NCBI GenBank assembly: GCA_965656375.1
Contig: CBFHKH010000001.1
Coordinates: 345,319-409,318 of the forward strand
Length of the DNA stretch: 64,000 bases
Direction: 5' to 3'
Source of the DNA: Minisyncoccia bacterium
Lineage (GTDB): Bacteria; Patescibacteriota; Minisyncoccia; Phycocordibacterales; UBA9973
Part shown: positions 18,300-28,826 of the stretch, piece by piece
Layout: every line of letters begins with the position of its first letter
How positions within the stretch are numbered: position 1 is the stretch's first letter
Program-made: the position numbers and the translations under genes
Notes under the pieces: model-generated
Database searches by the model: none
Seen by the model: only the letters and a program-made list of their open reading frames with translations
Told to the model about the DNA's origin: nothing

Positions 18300-20381
18300 T
18301 TAACTCTGTGAACAAGAATTATTTATTTGTGCACGAGTGAGCGGACCAACTACTCCATCTTGAGAGAGACCAAAATATTTTTGCATTACCTTTATCGCTT
18401 GATCAGTTCCACGACCAAATATTCCATCGAGAGCACCTACTTGGAATCCAAGTCTCGTCGCATGAGTTTGCAAGCGCTTCACTTGAGTCACAATTCCCTT
18501 TGTAAAAGCATTATATTTACCGTCTCTTGATCCGATCTTGAGATTTTGTGATAGACGCATGGATTCCCCGCATTCTATAGCTGTAGGAGCAGTAACTGTA
18601 ATAAGTGTAGGAGTTACTGTAGGATTTGGAGCAATTGTTGTTTCACTTTTAGTGCGACAAAATGTAGTTATCGTATCAGTACAGTAGATCACACTTGGAG
18701 AGGAAGCTTTTTGATCATTATCAACAATCGAGACTGTTACGGTACTTGTAAGATTATTGTAGTTTGGATCTGAACTTGAATCAGTAATAGAGAGCGTATC
18801 GGAGTGACCACTTTCATAGTTACTATCATCAATAGCGGTCACTGTCACAACCTGCGGAATATTCCAGTTGAGTGAAGTGAACGTAAGACTCGTCGGACTT
18901 GGAGTGATCTGCGAGCCTGAAAGAGAAACAGTAACAGTACTTGTTGGTTTGGATTTGAGAGAAATACTAAACGTATCTGTTGCTCCACCTTCAAATACAG
19001 TGAGAGAAGTTTTGGTAATTCTATTGCCAAGCACTGGTTGCATAAAATGAAGAAATACGCGTCCATGCTGATTACCGACAGGTATCGTAGCAGAATCAGT
19101 ACTTGCTCCGACACCAATATCTATCGCGCCATCATTATTAAGATCACCAAGCGAAAAGACCGTATTCCCATATCGAGCACCTGAAGGACCTGCGGTAAGA
19201 TCAGTCGGGCCATTCGGTGTTGCGCTATTTATTCGGACAGTAGATTTGAGAGAACCATCGCGGTTCATGAAGTGAATGTAGAATGCGCCAAGATTTAAAC
19301 CTGAGCTATCATCAAAAAATGATCCTACTCCTATATCTGGTATGGCATCCCCATCAATATCGGCAAGATTTGCAATTGTTACCCCATAAAAATCGCTATT
19401 GCTGAGCGTTGGTCCATTTGCAGTTGTTCCATCTATTTTTTTTGTGGATTTAATAGTGCCATCACGATTCATGAAATGAATATAGACAGCACCGCGATCG
19501 GTACCAACACTATGATCACTGATAGCTCCGACACCAATATCTTGAATGCCATCCCCATCAATATCTCCAACAACTCCTACTCCGGAACCATACGAATCAG
19601 AATCAGCGAGTGTTGCGCCGTTTGCCGTTGCTCCAGTTAATTTAACTGTGGACTTTATGGAACCATCCCGATTCATGAAATGAATGTAGGCAGCGCCGCG
19701 ATTTGTACCTCCGGTATCGTCACCATCTGCTCCGATCAAAATATCTGGTATCCCGTCTCCATCCAAATCTCCAATTCCAGAAACGGAATATGCATATACA
19801 TCAGAATCAGCGAGTGTTGCGCCGTTTGCCGTTGCTCCAGTTAATTTAACTGTGGACTTTATGGAACCATCCCGATTCATGAAATGAATGTAGGCAGCGC
19901 CGCGGTCTATACCGCCTGTATCATCCTGCTTTGCTCCTACGAGAATATCAGGTATTCCATCATTGTCGAGGTCGCCTATACCAGAAGAAGCGTATCCATA
20001 AAAATCATTTGCTAGTAGTGTCGGACCATTGGCAGTACCGTTAGCAATTTTAACTGAGGATTTCAATGTCCCATCAGAATTTAAATACGTAATGTGCACT
20101 GCTCCTGCTCTGTTTGCCCCCGTATCATCTCCATATGCACCGATAAGGATATCAGAAACTCCGTCAGCATCAAGATCACCGATTACGTTTCCACTTGCCC
20201 CATAGAAATCATTAGGTAATAAGGTCGGGCCACCTGTCATACCATTTGCGATAGGCGAAGTCGATTTAACACCTCCCAGTGTCTCAGCGAAAGCGATAGA
20301 ATTAAAAGAAGTAATTAAAATAATAGCTATGATAATAGTTTTACTCAAATAAAATTTTTTAGATGTATATGTGCTCTTCAT
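18300..20381 (-). CDS. secreted FG-GAP/VCBS-repeat protein with a C-terminal peptidoglycan-binding (PG_binding_1-like) domain
   Basis: Signal peptide; repeated GDLDGDGIPDIL..DDTGG..RGAAYIHFMNRDGSIKSTVKL units; C-terminal GALDGIFGRGTDQAIKVMQKYFGLSQDGVVGPLT. Confidence 0.7.
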   Translation of the reverse strand: MKSTYTSKKFYLSKTIIIAIILITSFNSIAFAETLGGVKSTSPIANGMTGGPTLLPNDFYGASGNVIGDLDADGVSDILIGAYGDDTGANRAGAVHITYLNSDGTLKSSVKIANGTANGPTLLANDFYGYASSGIGDLDNDGIPDILVGAKQDDTGGIDRGAAYIHFMNRDGSIKSTVKLTGATANGATLADSDVYAYSVSGIGDLDGDGIPDILIGADGDDTGGTNRGAAYIHFMNRDGSIKSTVKLTGATANGATLADSDSYGSGVGVVGDIDGDGIQDIGVGAISDHSVGTDRGAVYIHFMNRDGTIKSTKKIDGTTANGPTLSNSDFYGVTIANLADIDGDAIPDIGVGSFFDDSSGLNLGAFYIHFMNRDGSLKSTVRINSATPNGPTDLTAGPSGARYGNTVFSLGDLNNDGAIDIGVGASTDSATIPVGNQHGRVFLHFMQPVLGNRITKTSLTVFEGGATDTFSISLKSKPTSTVTVSLSGSQITPSPTSLTFTSLNWNIPQVVTVTAIDDSNYESGHSDTLSITDSSSDPNYNNLTSTVTVSIVDNDQKASSPSVIYCTDTITTFCRTKSETTIAPNPTVTPTLITVTAPTAIECGESMRLSQNLKIGSRDGKYNAFTKGIVTQVKRLQTHATRLGFQVGALDGIFGRGTDQAIKVMQKYFGLSQDGVVGPLTRAQINNSCSQS
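19598..19904. repeat. 103-nt perfect direct repeat (19598-19700 and 19802-19904; period 204 nt, 68 codons) inside the FG-GAP gene
   Basis: Identical strings read directly from the sequence. Confidence 0.85.
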
Positions 20382-20465
20382 ACTATATATGATATCAAAT
20401 GCATATTTTGTTCACAACATAAAATGAAAAACACCCTGCTTTGGACAAGGCGTCTTTCATATAAT

Positions 20466-20870
20466 GATTTGTACCTATAAGCCGAATTCTGTACTCCGAC
20501 GCAAGGTCGGAGCGATAGATATTTATCTAGGCTTCTCGTTACCAAGAGGCTCAAGCGACTCTCCCCGACTATAACGTCGGGGCACGGTCTTGCACACACG
20601 TAAGGATTTAGCTCCGACGCCCTTTCGGGGTCGGAGAGCCGACAGAATCGTCGGCTCCGTTTCACCTAAAGAGTTACCTCAATAGCTTATCCCATGGGGA
20701 TATCCTACCCTTTCGGGATTAGACGTCTCTGCTCGCACCTCTACCGTTGCCGGCGACGGGCGTTACCCGCTACGGACCCACTGACCATGCCTGCGCAGGC
20801 AGGTTGCTCAGTGATATGTGTTCGGACTTTCCTCACTCAAGTTACCTCGAGCGCATCTATCCAATACAAA
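20466..20870 (-). ncRNA. rnpB: RNase P RNA, bacterial type A
   Basis: GAGGAAAGUCCGAAC (P4), GGUAACGCC, UAGGUGAAACGG, UUGAGCC...GCCUAGAUAAAU and ACAGAAUUCGGCUUAUAGGUAC blocks are colinear with E. coli M1 RNA; own promoter TTGTCA-17-TATACT. Confidence 0.85.
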
Positions 20871-20877
20871 CCGAACT

Positions 20878-20929
20878 GAGTATATCAGACAATGTTCTTC
20901 TTGACAATTGCATTTTATTTTGCTATACT
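20878..20929. promoter_or_regulatory. back-to-back divergent sigma70-like promoters with overlapping -35 elements. Minus strand: TTGTCA-17-TATACT for rnpB. Plus strand: TTGACA(20901)-17-TATACT(20924) for a short transcript
   Basis: Consensus hexamers read directly from the sequence. Confidence 0.5.
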
Positions 20930-20935
20930 CTTTAT

Positions 20936-21021
20936 GTGAGTAACGAATTCCAGTAATAAAATATTATTTATTACACAATTGCCTATCAAAACCCCCGAGC
21001 AATCGGGGGTTTTGTGTTTTT
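20936..21021 (+). ncRNA. candidate small RNA of about 85 nt, from the consensus plus-strand promoter to the intrinsic terminator AAAACCCCCG-AGCAATC-GGGGGUUUU plus a U-run
   Basis: Consensus promoter plus terminator with no ORF between them; contains an AT-rich hairpin GUAAUAAA/UUUAUUAC. Confidence 0.35.
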
Positions 21022-21133
21022 CGAGATGTAGTATATACTTATTCCATAGCAGTCGTTGTGTGTTCCAGTCAGCGGCTGCACTCACATAGGCAATTGTGTT
21101 GGAGTTTAGCACCCGCTGACTTGAGCACATAAG

Positions 21134-21162
21134 TAAAAATCCTTGAATAATTCAAGGATTTT
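21134..21162 (-). terminator. hairpin AAAATCCTTGAA-TAA-TTCAAGGATTTT 3' of the 202-aa gene
   Basis: Perfect 12-bp stem. Confidence 0.5.
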
Positions 21163-21167
21163 TATAA

Positions 21168-21776
21168 TTACTTTTTGAAGCGAATTGCTGGCTCATTGTA
21201 ATAAAACAATCGGGATAAATAATTCCACTCAATTGAAACTTCCTTTTTATAATCTAAAGATAGATATGCAACCATTAAATCGTCAGAACATTTTTTTACT
21301 GATTTCCATAAATACACACGATTATCAGTACCAAATGCATTGGCAAAGAATTTTCCACCTTTAAATTGAATAGCTACTCCATCGGATAAACCCATACATA
21401 GTTTAATTTCCCCTGTATCAACCAGATGTGTATAAATATCCTTTCCTAGAACTGTGAGCCTAGGTTTCTGATCTTCGTGACGCCAAAGTTCTGTTTCACC
21501 GAGATCATACTCCACTGGACCATTTTCAAACTCTAGTTCAGGATTAAACCTCTTATCTATACCCTTTGGAACATCTTTTAGGTTAATAGTAAAATCAAAA
21601 AGCCCTATTACTTTTTGAAAACCCCAACGATTTACATTCTCTAAATCTGCATCCAGCAAATCAGAAAATAGACCTGTGGTAAAAAGAAGATTGAATTTTT
21701 CCAGACTAGTTTTTTTCTGGTTAATTAAATTTAGCAACTGTAGTGCCTGGCCTAATGACGGTTTAGTATTGCTCAT
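21168..21776 (-). CDS. hypothetical protein of 202 aa
   Basis: ORF with an ATG start; no family recognised. Confidence 0.45.
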   Translation of the reverse strand: MSNTKPSLGQALQLLNLINQKKTSLEKFNLLFTTGLFSDLLDADLENVNRWGFQKVIGLFDFTINLKDVPKGIDKRFNPELEFENGPVEYDLGETELWRHEDQKPRLTVLGKDIYTHLVDTGEIKLCMGLSDGVAIQFKGGKFFANAFGTDNRVYLWKSVKKCSDDLMVAYLSLDYKKEVSIEWNYLSRLFYYNEPAIRFKK

Positions 21777-21845
21777 AATCTTAAATTATTAAGCGCTATT
21801 CCTTGCGGATAGCATACTGCTTTCTCCTCTCTTCAAAATGAAGTG

Positions 21846-21901
21846 GTTTGCCACAGTTTTCAATTCTCAATCTAGTCAAAGACCTGAAAACTGTGGCAAA
21901 C
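21846..21901. promoter_or_regulatory. 16-bp perfect inverted repeat (GTTTGCCACAGTTTTC ... GAAAACTGTGGCAAAC) with a 24-nt loop, in the leader or promoter region of the 202-aa gene
   Basis: Read directly from the sequence. Confidence 0.4.
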
Positions 21902-21957
21902 TTCTACAGATAAGGAATTTAAATTGAGATTACCACAAAAAATATGTTATGTCAAAA

Positions 21958-21988
21958 AACAAAAACACCCTTTCGGGTGTTTTTTGTC
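21958..21988 (-). terminator. intrinsic terminator of the 16S transcription unit (AAAAACACCC-UUUC-GGGUGUUUUUUG)
   Basis: Stem plus U-run about 200 nt 3' of the 16S gene. Confidence 0.5.
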
Positions 21989-22182
21989 TTGTAATAAAAT
22001 AGGTTGCAATATAATGAAGAGTTAAAATAAAATATCTTTTCTTTTGTTCCGTTCTAGGGGTCTTTCCCTCCTTGTCAGATTTCTTTTAGGACAAAAATCA
22101 TTGTCCATTGTGTAGTCAATTGAGCTACACAATATCGACGCCGTAAATTTTATATTTCCGAAGAAGATATAAAACTGATTCA

Positions 22183-23717
<1,535 letters not shown>

Positions 23718-23954
23718 CTAAAAAATAGAACGGAACAAAAGAAAAAACATTTATTCCTTGCCTGCATTTTTACATGCAGACTAACTGGTGCCTCACAGTT
23801 GCACCTGGAGGACTTTCTTCACCAAACCGATTGTGATTAGCATTGGTTTGGCTAGCCTGTTTCTATAGATACTATAGTCACAGGACTTACTATGATTGCA
23901 TACCTATTCTCTTATCAAAGAAATACAGCCCAATAAGTTACCGGACTGTGGGTT

Positions 23955-23984
23955 CTATTATATACATATCCGAAAAGAAGTCAA
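23955..23984 (-). promoter_or_regulatory. 16S promoter TTGACT-18-TATAAT, about 230 nt upstream of the mature 5' end
   Basis: Consensus hexamers on the minus strand. Confidence 0.5.
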
Positions 23985-24097
23985 GCTTTGGTAGCCTTTA
24001 GCTCTTAGCCCATAGCGCCTAGCAAAATAAGGCTGTTTTGCCATTTACAAAAGGCATAATATTTGCAATAATGACAGGGTTCAAAAGTCCACTGTTT

Positions 24098-24170
24098 GCC
24101 CTGTTAGCTCAGCTGGTAGAGCAGCTCCCTCTTAAGGAGATGGTCGGGGGTTCGATTCCCTCACGGGGCA
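24098..24170 (+). tRNA. tRNA-Lys (anticodon CUU), followed by a terminator hairpin
   Basis: Acceptor GCCCTGT/ACGGGGC, anticodon loop CTCTTAA, T-loop TTCGATT. Confidence 0.85.
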
Positions 24171-24200
24171 CAATAAAAAAATCCTCAATTGAGGATTTTT

Positions 24201-25172
24201 TTATTTCTTTTTCAATAACTTCGACAAACTTTTCATAAACGCCTTGATCGAAGCATCATCATAAAGTGATAGCGTAAGTACTGGCTTACCAAGCTTTTCG
24301 AATTCTTTTATTTTTTTATCTATAGTCTTTTGATCAGTCACATCAGTCTTCGTGAGAACAATTACTTCTTTCTTTTCTAGCATTGATTTGTCATACGCAC
24401 CGAGCTCTTTACGGATTTGTTTATAGACTTTCATCATGTCTTTGTCATTCTCAAATGACACGAGATGTGCGAGCATTTCTGTACGCTTTGTGTGTTTTAA
24501 AAATTTGATACCGAGACCCTTTCCTTCTGATGCTCCTTCGATGAGACCTGGAATATCTGCAATAATCTTGCCATAAAAATCTCCAAGATTCGGATCAAGA
24601 GTCGTGAATTGATATGATCCAATCTTTGCTTGAGCATTGGTCACCGCATTCAAAAGTGAAGACTTCCCTGCATTTGGGAGGCCGATAAGTCCGATATCAG
24701 CAAAAAGTTCGAGCTCAATTTTAAAGTGACCTTGCTCGCCAGGCTTTCCTTTTGTAGCCTTGGTTGGAGTCGTATTAATAGAAGTTTTAAACTGCTCATT
24801 TCCCCAACCACCCAAACCACCTTTGAGAAGCAATTCTTTTTGCCCTGGTGTATCAAGCGAGACTGAAGCATCATTTTCTATATTTGTAATTATAGAACCG
24901 ACTGGAAGCTGTATGATAAGATCTTTACCATCTTTACCATGCTTACTGCCTCCCATTCCAGGCTCACCAGGTGATGATTTGAATTCCTTCTGATGTTTGT
25001 ATTTTGAAAGTAAGTTAATATCAGAGACTGCAACTGCAAAAATACTGCCACCTCGGCCGCCATCGCCACCGTTCGGACCACCTTTGTCTATGAATTTCTC
25101 ACGGCGCCAACGAACAACCCCGTCTCCCCCGCGGCCAGCCTGTGCATGAATTGTAATTTCATCTATAAACAT
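24201..25172 (-). CDS. obg: GTPase Obg/CgtA
   Basis: MFIDEITIHAQAGRGGDGVVRWRREKF, Gly-rich N-terminal domain and G1-G4 motifs; start taken at the internal MFIDE methionine. Confidence 0.9.
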   Translation of the reverse strand: MFIDEITIHAQAGRGGDGVVRWRREKFIDKGGPNGGDGGRGGSIFAVAVSDINLLSKYKHQKEFKSSPGEPGMGGSKHGKDGKDLIIQLPVGSIITNIENDASVSLDTPGQKELLLKGGLGGWGNEQFKTSINTTPTKATKGKPGEQGHFKIELELFADIGLIGLPNAGKSSLLNAVTNAQAKIGSYQFTTLDPNLGDFYGKIIADIPGLIEGASEGKGLGIKFLKHTKRTEMLAHLVSFENDKDMMKVYKQIRKELGAYDKSMLEKKEVIVLTKTDVTDQKTIDKKIKEFEKLGKPVLTLSLYDDASIKAFMKSLSKLLKKK

Positions 25173-25188
25173 TGGGTAGCAATTAGCT

Positions 25189-25551
25189 TTAGCCATTAGC
25201 TTCTAGCTTTTTAATAAAAGAATTTAACATCTTCATTACTTCGTTAAGTTCACTTATAAGTTCTTTATAGCGTATTTCATTTAAATAACCTAATCGAAAA
25301 GATATTTCAAGATGAGTCTCAAGTTCTCCACCAGATGCAAAAGCAATGAGAAGAAAGCGTCTAAACTCAATATCTCCTCCTCTCAATTTACCTTCTGCGA
25401 TGTTCGCTGGCAAAGATACTACTGCACTTCTTATTTGAGAAGTGAGACCGTAGATTTCATCTTGTGGAAATGTTTTTGTTGCATTGTAGATATGAGTAAC
25501 TAGCTCGATTGATTTCTCCCATATTTGTAATTTTCTATAGTCACCAATCAT
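25189..25551 (-). CDS. four-helix-bundle protein (the family usually encoded in 23S rRNA intervening sequences, TIGR02436-like)
   Basis: 120 aa; IWEKSIELV...NIAEG...ETHLEIS pattern. Confidence 0.55.
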   Translation of the reverse strand: MIGDYRKLQIWEKSIELVTHIYNATKTFPQDEIYGLTSQIRSAVVSLPANIAEGKLRGGDIEFRRFLLIAFASGGELETHLEISFRLGYLNEIRYKELISELNEVMKMLNSFIKKLEANG

Positions 25552-25566
25552 GCTAGTTGCTAATAG

Positions 25567-26454
25567 CTAACTGCTAAGGGCTATGTTCGCAAGAGCGATT
25601 GCTCCTTCTTTTGATTTCGCAACTGCGAGGAATCGTCCATTGTGACAAAATGTCGCATCGGGTACTCCACTTGCATGGGCCATTGCTTCACCTGAAAGTC
25701 CTGCCCAGGCGACTGGAAGTGATTTTCTATTCTCAAATGAATTCTTTTCTTTGCGCACACATCCTAGACGCCACAATCCTGCTCTCTCCCATACTACATA
25801 GAGCGGCTCAGGATAGCTCATGAGGATATCATCCCATGGATAATTACCTTCGATGATGACAAGCCTTTTGTCTTTTGCTTGTTCGTAATCTTTTCGTACA
25901 AATGCTTCTGCTTCGAGCGACGCTTTACTCTTCTCTATCTTTCTCATCAAAAATTTCTTTGCGAATCGAACAACCTCCATAAATGGTGTGTCATACTCTT
26001 CTTCCTCATTCCAACTCGGACGAAATGCGCCAAACACGCTCTCAATAAGATACGGCCCCACTGGGCCTTCAACTTTAAATGTAGAGATGCCGTTATCATG
26101 TGAATCGATAGCTTGAACCAAATGCTCATCAATCCGCTCTGCTACTTCTTTTGAGCCGCATAATTTTTCTCCATATGTCTTCCATACTAATCCGAATGCT
26201 GCATATGGGACGCCATTTGGTCGCACGCCTGCACCGCCTTTTTGATGATGGTCAAATCTATTGAGAGCAGGGTCATATATTCCCCCGACATCATACACGT
26301 AATCTCCTTTCTTAAACATCTCTTCATCTCGAGTGCGAACGACTTTGATATTACCATCAAGTAATATGGAAAGAGTTGCCGTCGCAAAGATATCGTCGGC
26401 ATGAAACGTCGCATTATGAGTAACAAGTAATTTCTTTTTTTTGAATAGTGACAT
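25567..26454 (-). CDS. MYG1-family metal-dependent hydrolase (UPF0160)
   Basis: VTHNATFHADD...DHHQ motifs. Confidence 0.7.
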   Translation of the reverse strand: MSLFKKKKLLVTHNATFHADDIFATATLSILLDGNIKVVRTRDEEMFKKGDYVYDVGGIYDPALNRFDHHQKGGAGVRPNGVPYAAFGLVWKTYGEKLCGSKEVAERIDEHLVQAIDSHDNGISTFKVEGPVGPYLIESVFGAFRPSWNEEEEYDTPFMEVVRFAKKFLMRKIEKSKASLEAEAFVRKDYEQAKDKRLVIIEGNYPWDDILMSYPEPLYVVWERAGLWRLGCVRKEKNSFENRKSLPVAWAGLSGEAMAHASGVPDATFCHNGRFLAVAKSKEGAIALANIALSS

Positions 26455-26455
26455 A

Positions 26456-27070
26456 TTATTTCTCTGATTCTTCTGCTTTAATATTCTGCCATAGTTCAAT
26501 TATAAACGCTATTATTTTCTCAAGGATAAAGAATCCAATGAAAAAGATGAGGAGAATGCCTAAAAACTTGCGAACATCACGACTAATTGACAGCGCTGCA
26601 AAACTAAAAAAGTACCCTACTGAAAGCATGATGACTGACCACACAAGGAGTGAGAGCGCTTCAGCTCGGGCGAATGTCCGAATCTTGATCTTCTGATATC
26701 CGGTATAAATAAGCCCAAACCAATGTATTCCAAGTATCAGAAACCGTGAAAGGAAGATAGACCAAAATGGGCGTTTATGAAAATTTGGTAAAAAATAACT
26801 CACTCTATGTTGTGCCTGATGGACAAGTTTTTTGTTTGAGTGTTTATTCTGAAGGTAGTACCCAAAACTATACCCGAGTACTGACTTCAGGCTTCCTCCG
26901 AAGATCGTCGCCACAAACGCATAAAAAATATTGATCGATCCAAGATGCGCAAAGATACCAGCAATAACTACAACGATCTCTCCTTCTAAGATCACGCCGA
27001 TGATAATAAGAGCGTAGGCGATCTCGGCATGAAGTTCGGCAAAATGCCGTATGTAGTTAAGGGTGAGCAT
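26456..27070 (-). CDS. DedA/VTT-family membrane protein (probable)
   Basis: 204 aa, multi-TM, GVILEGEIVVVIAG motif. Confidence 0.4.
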   Translation of the reverse strand: MLTLNYIRHFAELHAEIAYALIIIGVILEGEIVVVIAGIFAHLGSINIFYAFVATIFGGSLKSVLGYSFGYYLQNKHSNKKLVHQAQHRVSYFLPNFHKRPFWSIFLSRFLILGIHWFGLIYTGYQKIKIRTFARAEALSLLVWSVIMLSVGYFFSFAALSISRDVRKFLGILLIFFIGFFILEKIIAFIIELWQNIKAEESEK

Positions 27071-27072
27071 AG

Positions 27073-27417
27073 TTAACGATCAAAGTGGAAAATCTTTGAG
27101 ATGATCCAATTTAGCACTGATACAAGTAACGCACCGATGAATGCCGCAGTAAATGTCGTAACAGAAAATCCTCGAATGATCGTACCGAGATACCAGAATA
27201 GTAGACCATTAATTATGAGAGAGAATATTCCGAGTGTAAGAATGTTAAGTGGGAGTGTGAGGATGTTGATCACAGGCTTCAAAAACATATTAAAAAGAGT
27301 GAGGCACGCTCCGATGATAAGTGCAACCCACACAGGATCCACCGTCACACCAGAAACAATCTGTGTTGTGAGCCACACTGCACCAGAGAGTATAATCCAA
27401 TGTAAAATAATTCTCAT
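27073..27417 (-). CDS. phage-holin-family 4-TM membrane protein (DUF360 / Phage_holin_4_2)
   Basis: LTLPLNILTLGIFSLIINGLLFWYLG pattern. Confidence 0.5.
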   Translation of the reverse strand: MRIILHWIILSGAVWLTTQIVSGVTVDPVWVALIIGACLTLFNMFLKPVINILTLPLNILTLGIFSLIINGLLFWYLGTIIRGFSVTTFTAAFIGALLVSVLNWIISKIFHFDR

Positions 27418-27427
27418 AAAATTTAAA

Positions 27428-27880
27428 TTAAAATAATGAATCAACAACTTCTTTGACGACCATACCATCTGCTTTGCCTTTCAAGTCTTTCATAAGAGCG
27501 GACATGAGCATGCCTTTCTTTGATGGATCAGTAATGCCAAGCTCGCTTTGCTTTGCTTTCGCAATAATCTCAACTTCACTTTTATCCATAAGCTTCGGCA
27601 AGTATGCTTCAAGCACAGCAAGCTGTGGTGCCTCTTCCGCTACGAGATCCATACGCCCACCTTTTGTAAACTGCTCTATAGAATCTTTGCGCTGTTTTGC
27701 ACTTCGAGTTATGACAGCAAGTGCTTGCTCATCAGAGAGAAAATCTTGTGGTGTTTTACCAGTAGCGACGAGTTCATTTGTAAATGCTGTAACAAGTCCA
27801 CGCATAACTTCAAGTCGTACAGTGTCTTTTGCCATCATTGCCTTTTTTATTTCCCCTTTTATTTCTTCGTGTAATGACAT
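27428..27880 (-). CDS. GatB/YqeY domain protein
   Basis: 150 aa; typical N- and C-terminal helices (MSLHEEIKGEIKKAMMAKD...). Confidence 0.75.
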   Translation of the reverse strand: MSLHEEIKGEIKKAMMAKDTVRLEVMRGLVTAFTNELVATGKTPQDFLSDEQALAVITRSAKQRKDSIEQFTKGGRMDLVAEEAPQLAVLEAYLPKLMDKSEVEIIAKAKQSELGITDPSKKGMLMSALMKDLKGKADGMVVKEVVDSLF

Positions 27881-27942
27881 ATCTTATATTCTATCAAATC
27901 TCAATCTAGATGTAAAAAGACTAATTCTTGCTATCAAAATAA

Positions 27943-28062
27943 CTTCTCTCAAAAAGCACATATAATTCCGTGCTCGGAATTTGCTCTTCTCGTCGCTCAA
28001 GGAAATAATAGTCTGAGTACATACTTTATTTCCTAAGCTCCTGCGAAAGACTTTTTGAGAGA
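27943..28062 (+). promoter_or_regulatory. E4: nested-hairpin structured element 5' of the exonuclease gene (outer 14-bp stem CTTCTCTCAAAAAG/CTTTTTGAGAGAAG, inner AATTCCG-TGCT-CGGAATT and GGAAATAA/TTATTTCC)
   Basis: Inverted repeats read directly; shares the 12-nt word CGAAAGACTTTT with E1 and E2. Confidence 0.3.
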
Positions 28063-28100
28063 AGCTATTTTGAACGCAGTATATATGTTAAAATAACTTT

Positions 28101-28826
28101 ATGAAAAAAATTATCTTCCTCGATACTGAAACCACAGGAACAGAATCTACCGACGTACTTTGTCAGCTTGCATATAAAAGTGGAAACGAACTATTTTGCG
28201 AGTTATTCAAGCCAAATAAAAAGATCTCTATCGAGGCGAGCTCTGTCACCCATATCTCGAATAAAATGGTCGCAGATAAACCAAGCTTCAAAGAAAGCCC
28301 TGACTACACAAAAATAAAAGCTATGCTTGAGGATGAAAATTCCATTATGGTTGCTCACAATGCCAAGTTTGATCTTGGTATGCTCGAACACGAAGATGTA
28401 GTACCATTCAATCACATTTGTACTCTTCGAGTTGCTCGATATTTAGATAAAGAGCACAAGATTCCACAGCACAAGCTTCAGTATCTCCGATATTATCTCG
28501 AGATTGAAATAGAAGCACAAGCGCACGATGCCCTCGGTGATGTATTAGTACTTGAGAAACTCTTTGAACGAATGCTTGCAGCGATTAAAAAAGAGAATGA
28601 TGATTGTACTGATGAAGAAGCGTTCGCAATTATGATAGATATATCGAGTAAACCTTCACTTATGTATTCGTTCTCGTTCGGTAAATATAAAGACAAGACA
28701 ATCCAAGAAGTCCTCACTCTTGATCGTGGATACCTCGAATGGTTCCTCAGCACCAAAGAAAAAGACAATCCCTTAGATGAAGACTGGATTTATACCCTTA
28801 AATATTATTTAGGAAAAATAAAATAA
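28101..28826 (+). CDS. DEDDh 3'-5' exonuclease (DnaQ/ExoX-like) with an ExoX-type C-terminal domain
   Basis: FLDTETTG...HNAKFD...HDALGD motifs; terminator hairpin at 28828-28860. Confidence 0.65.
   Translation: MKKIIFLDTETTGTESTDVLCQLAYKSGNELFCELFKPNKKISIEASSVTHISNKMVADKPSFKESPDYTKIKAMLEDENSIMVAHNAKFDLGMLEHEDVVPFNHICTLRVARYLDKEHKIPQHKLQYLRYYLEIEIEAQAHDALGDVLVLEKLFERMLAAIKKENDDCTDEEAFAIMIDISSKPSLMYSFSFGKYKDKTIQEVLTLDRGYLEWFLSTKEKDNPLDEDWIYTLKYYLGKIK

Noticed and set aside
20378-20956. Track ORFs 20378-20665(-), 20694-20879(+) and 20747-20956(+)
   Set aside because: They overlap RNase P RNA and its promoter region, and their GC-rich codons reflect RNA helices.
22070-22082. The CCTCCTT string near the 16S 3' region as a displaced anti-SD
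   Set aside because: It is on the plus strand, that is in the sense orientation of the minus-strand rRNA trailer (AAGGAGG), so it cannot serve as the 16S anti-SD.
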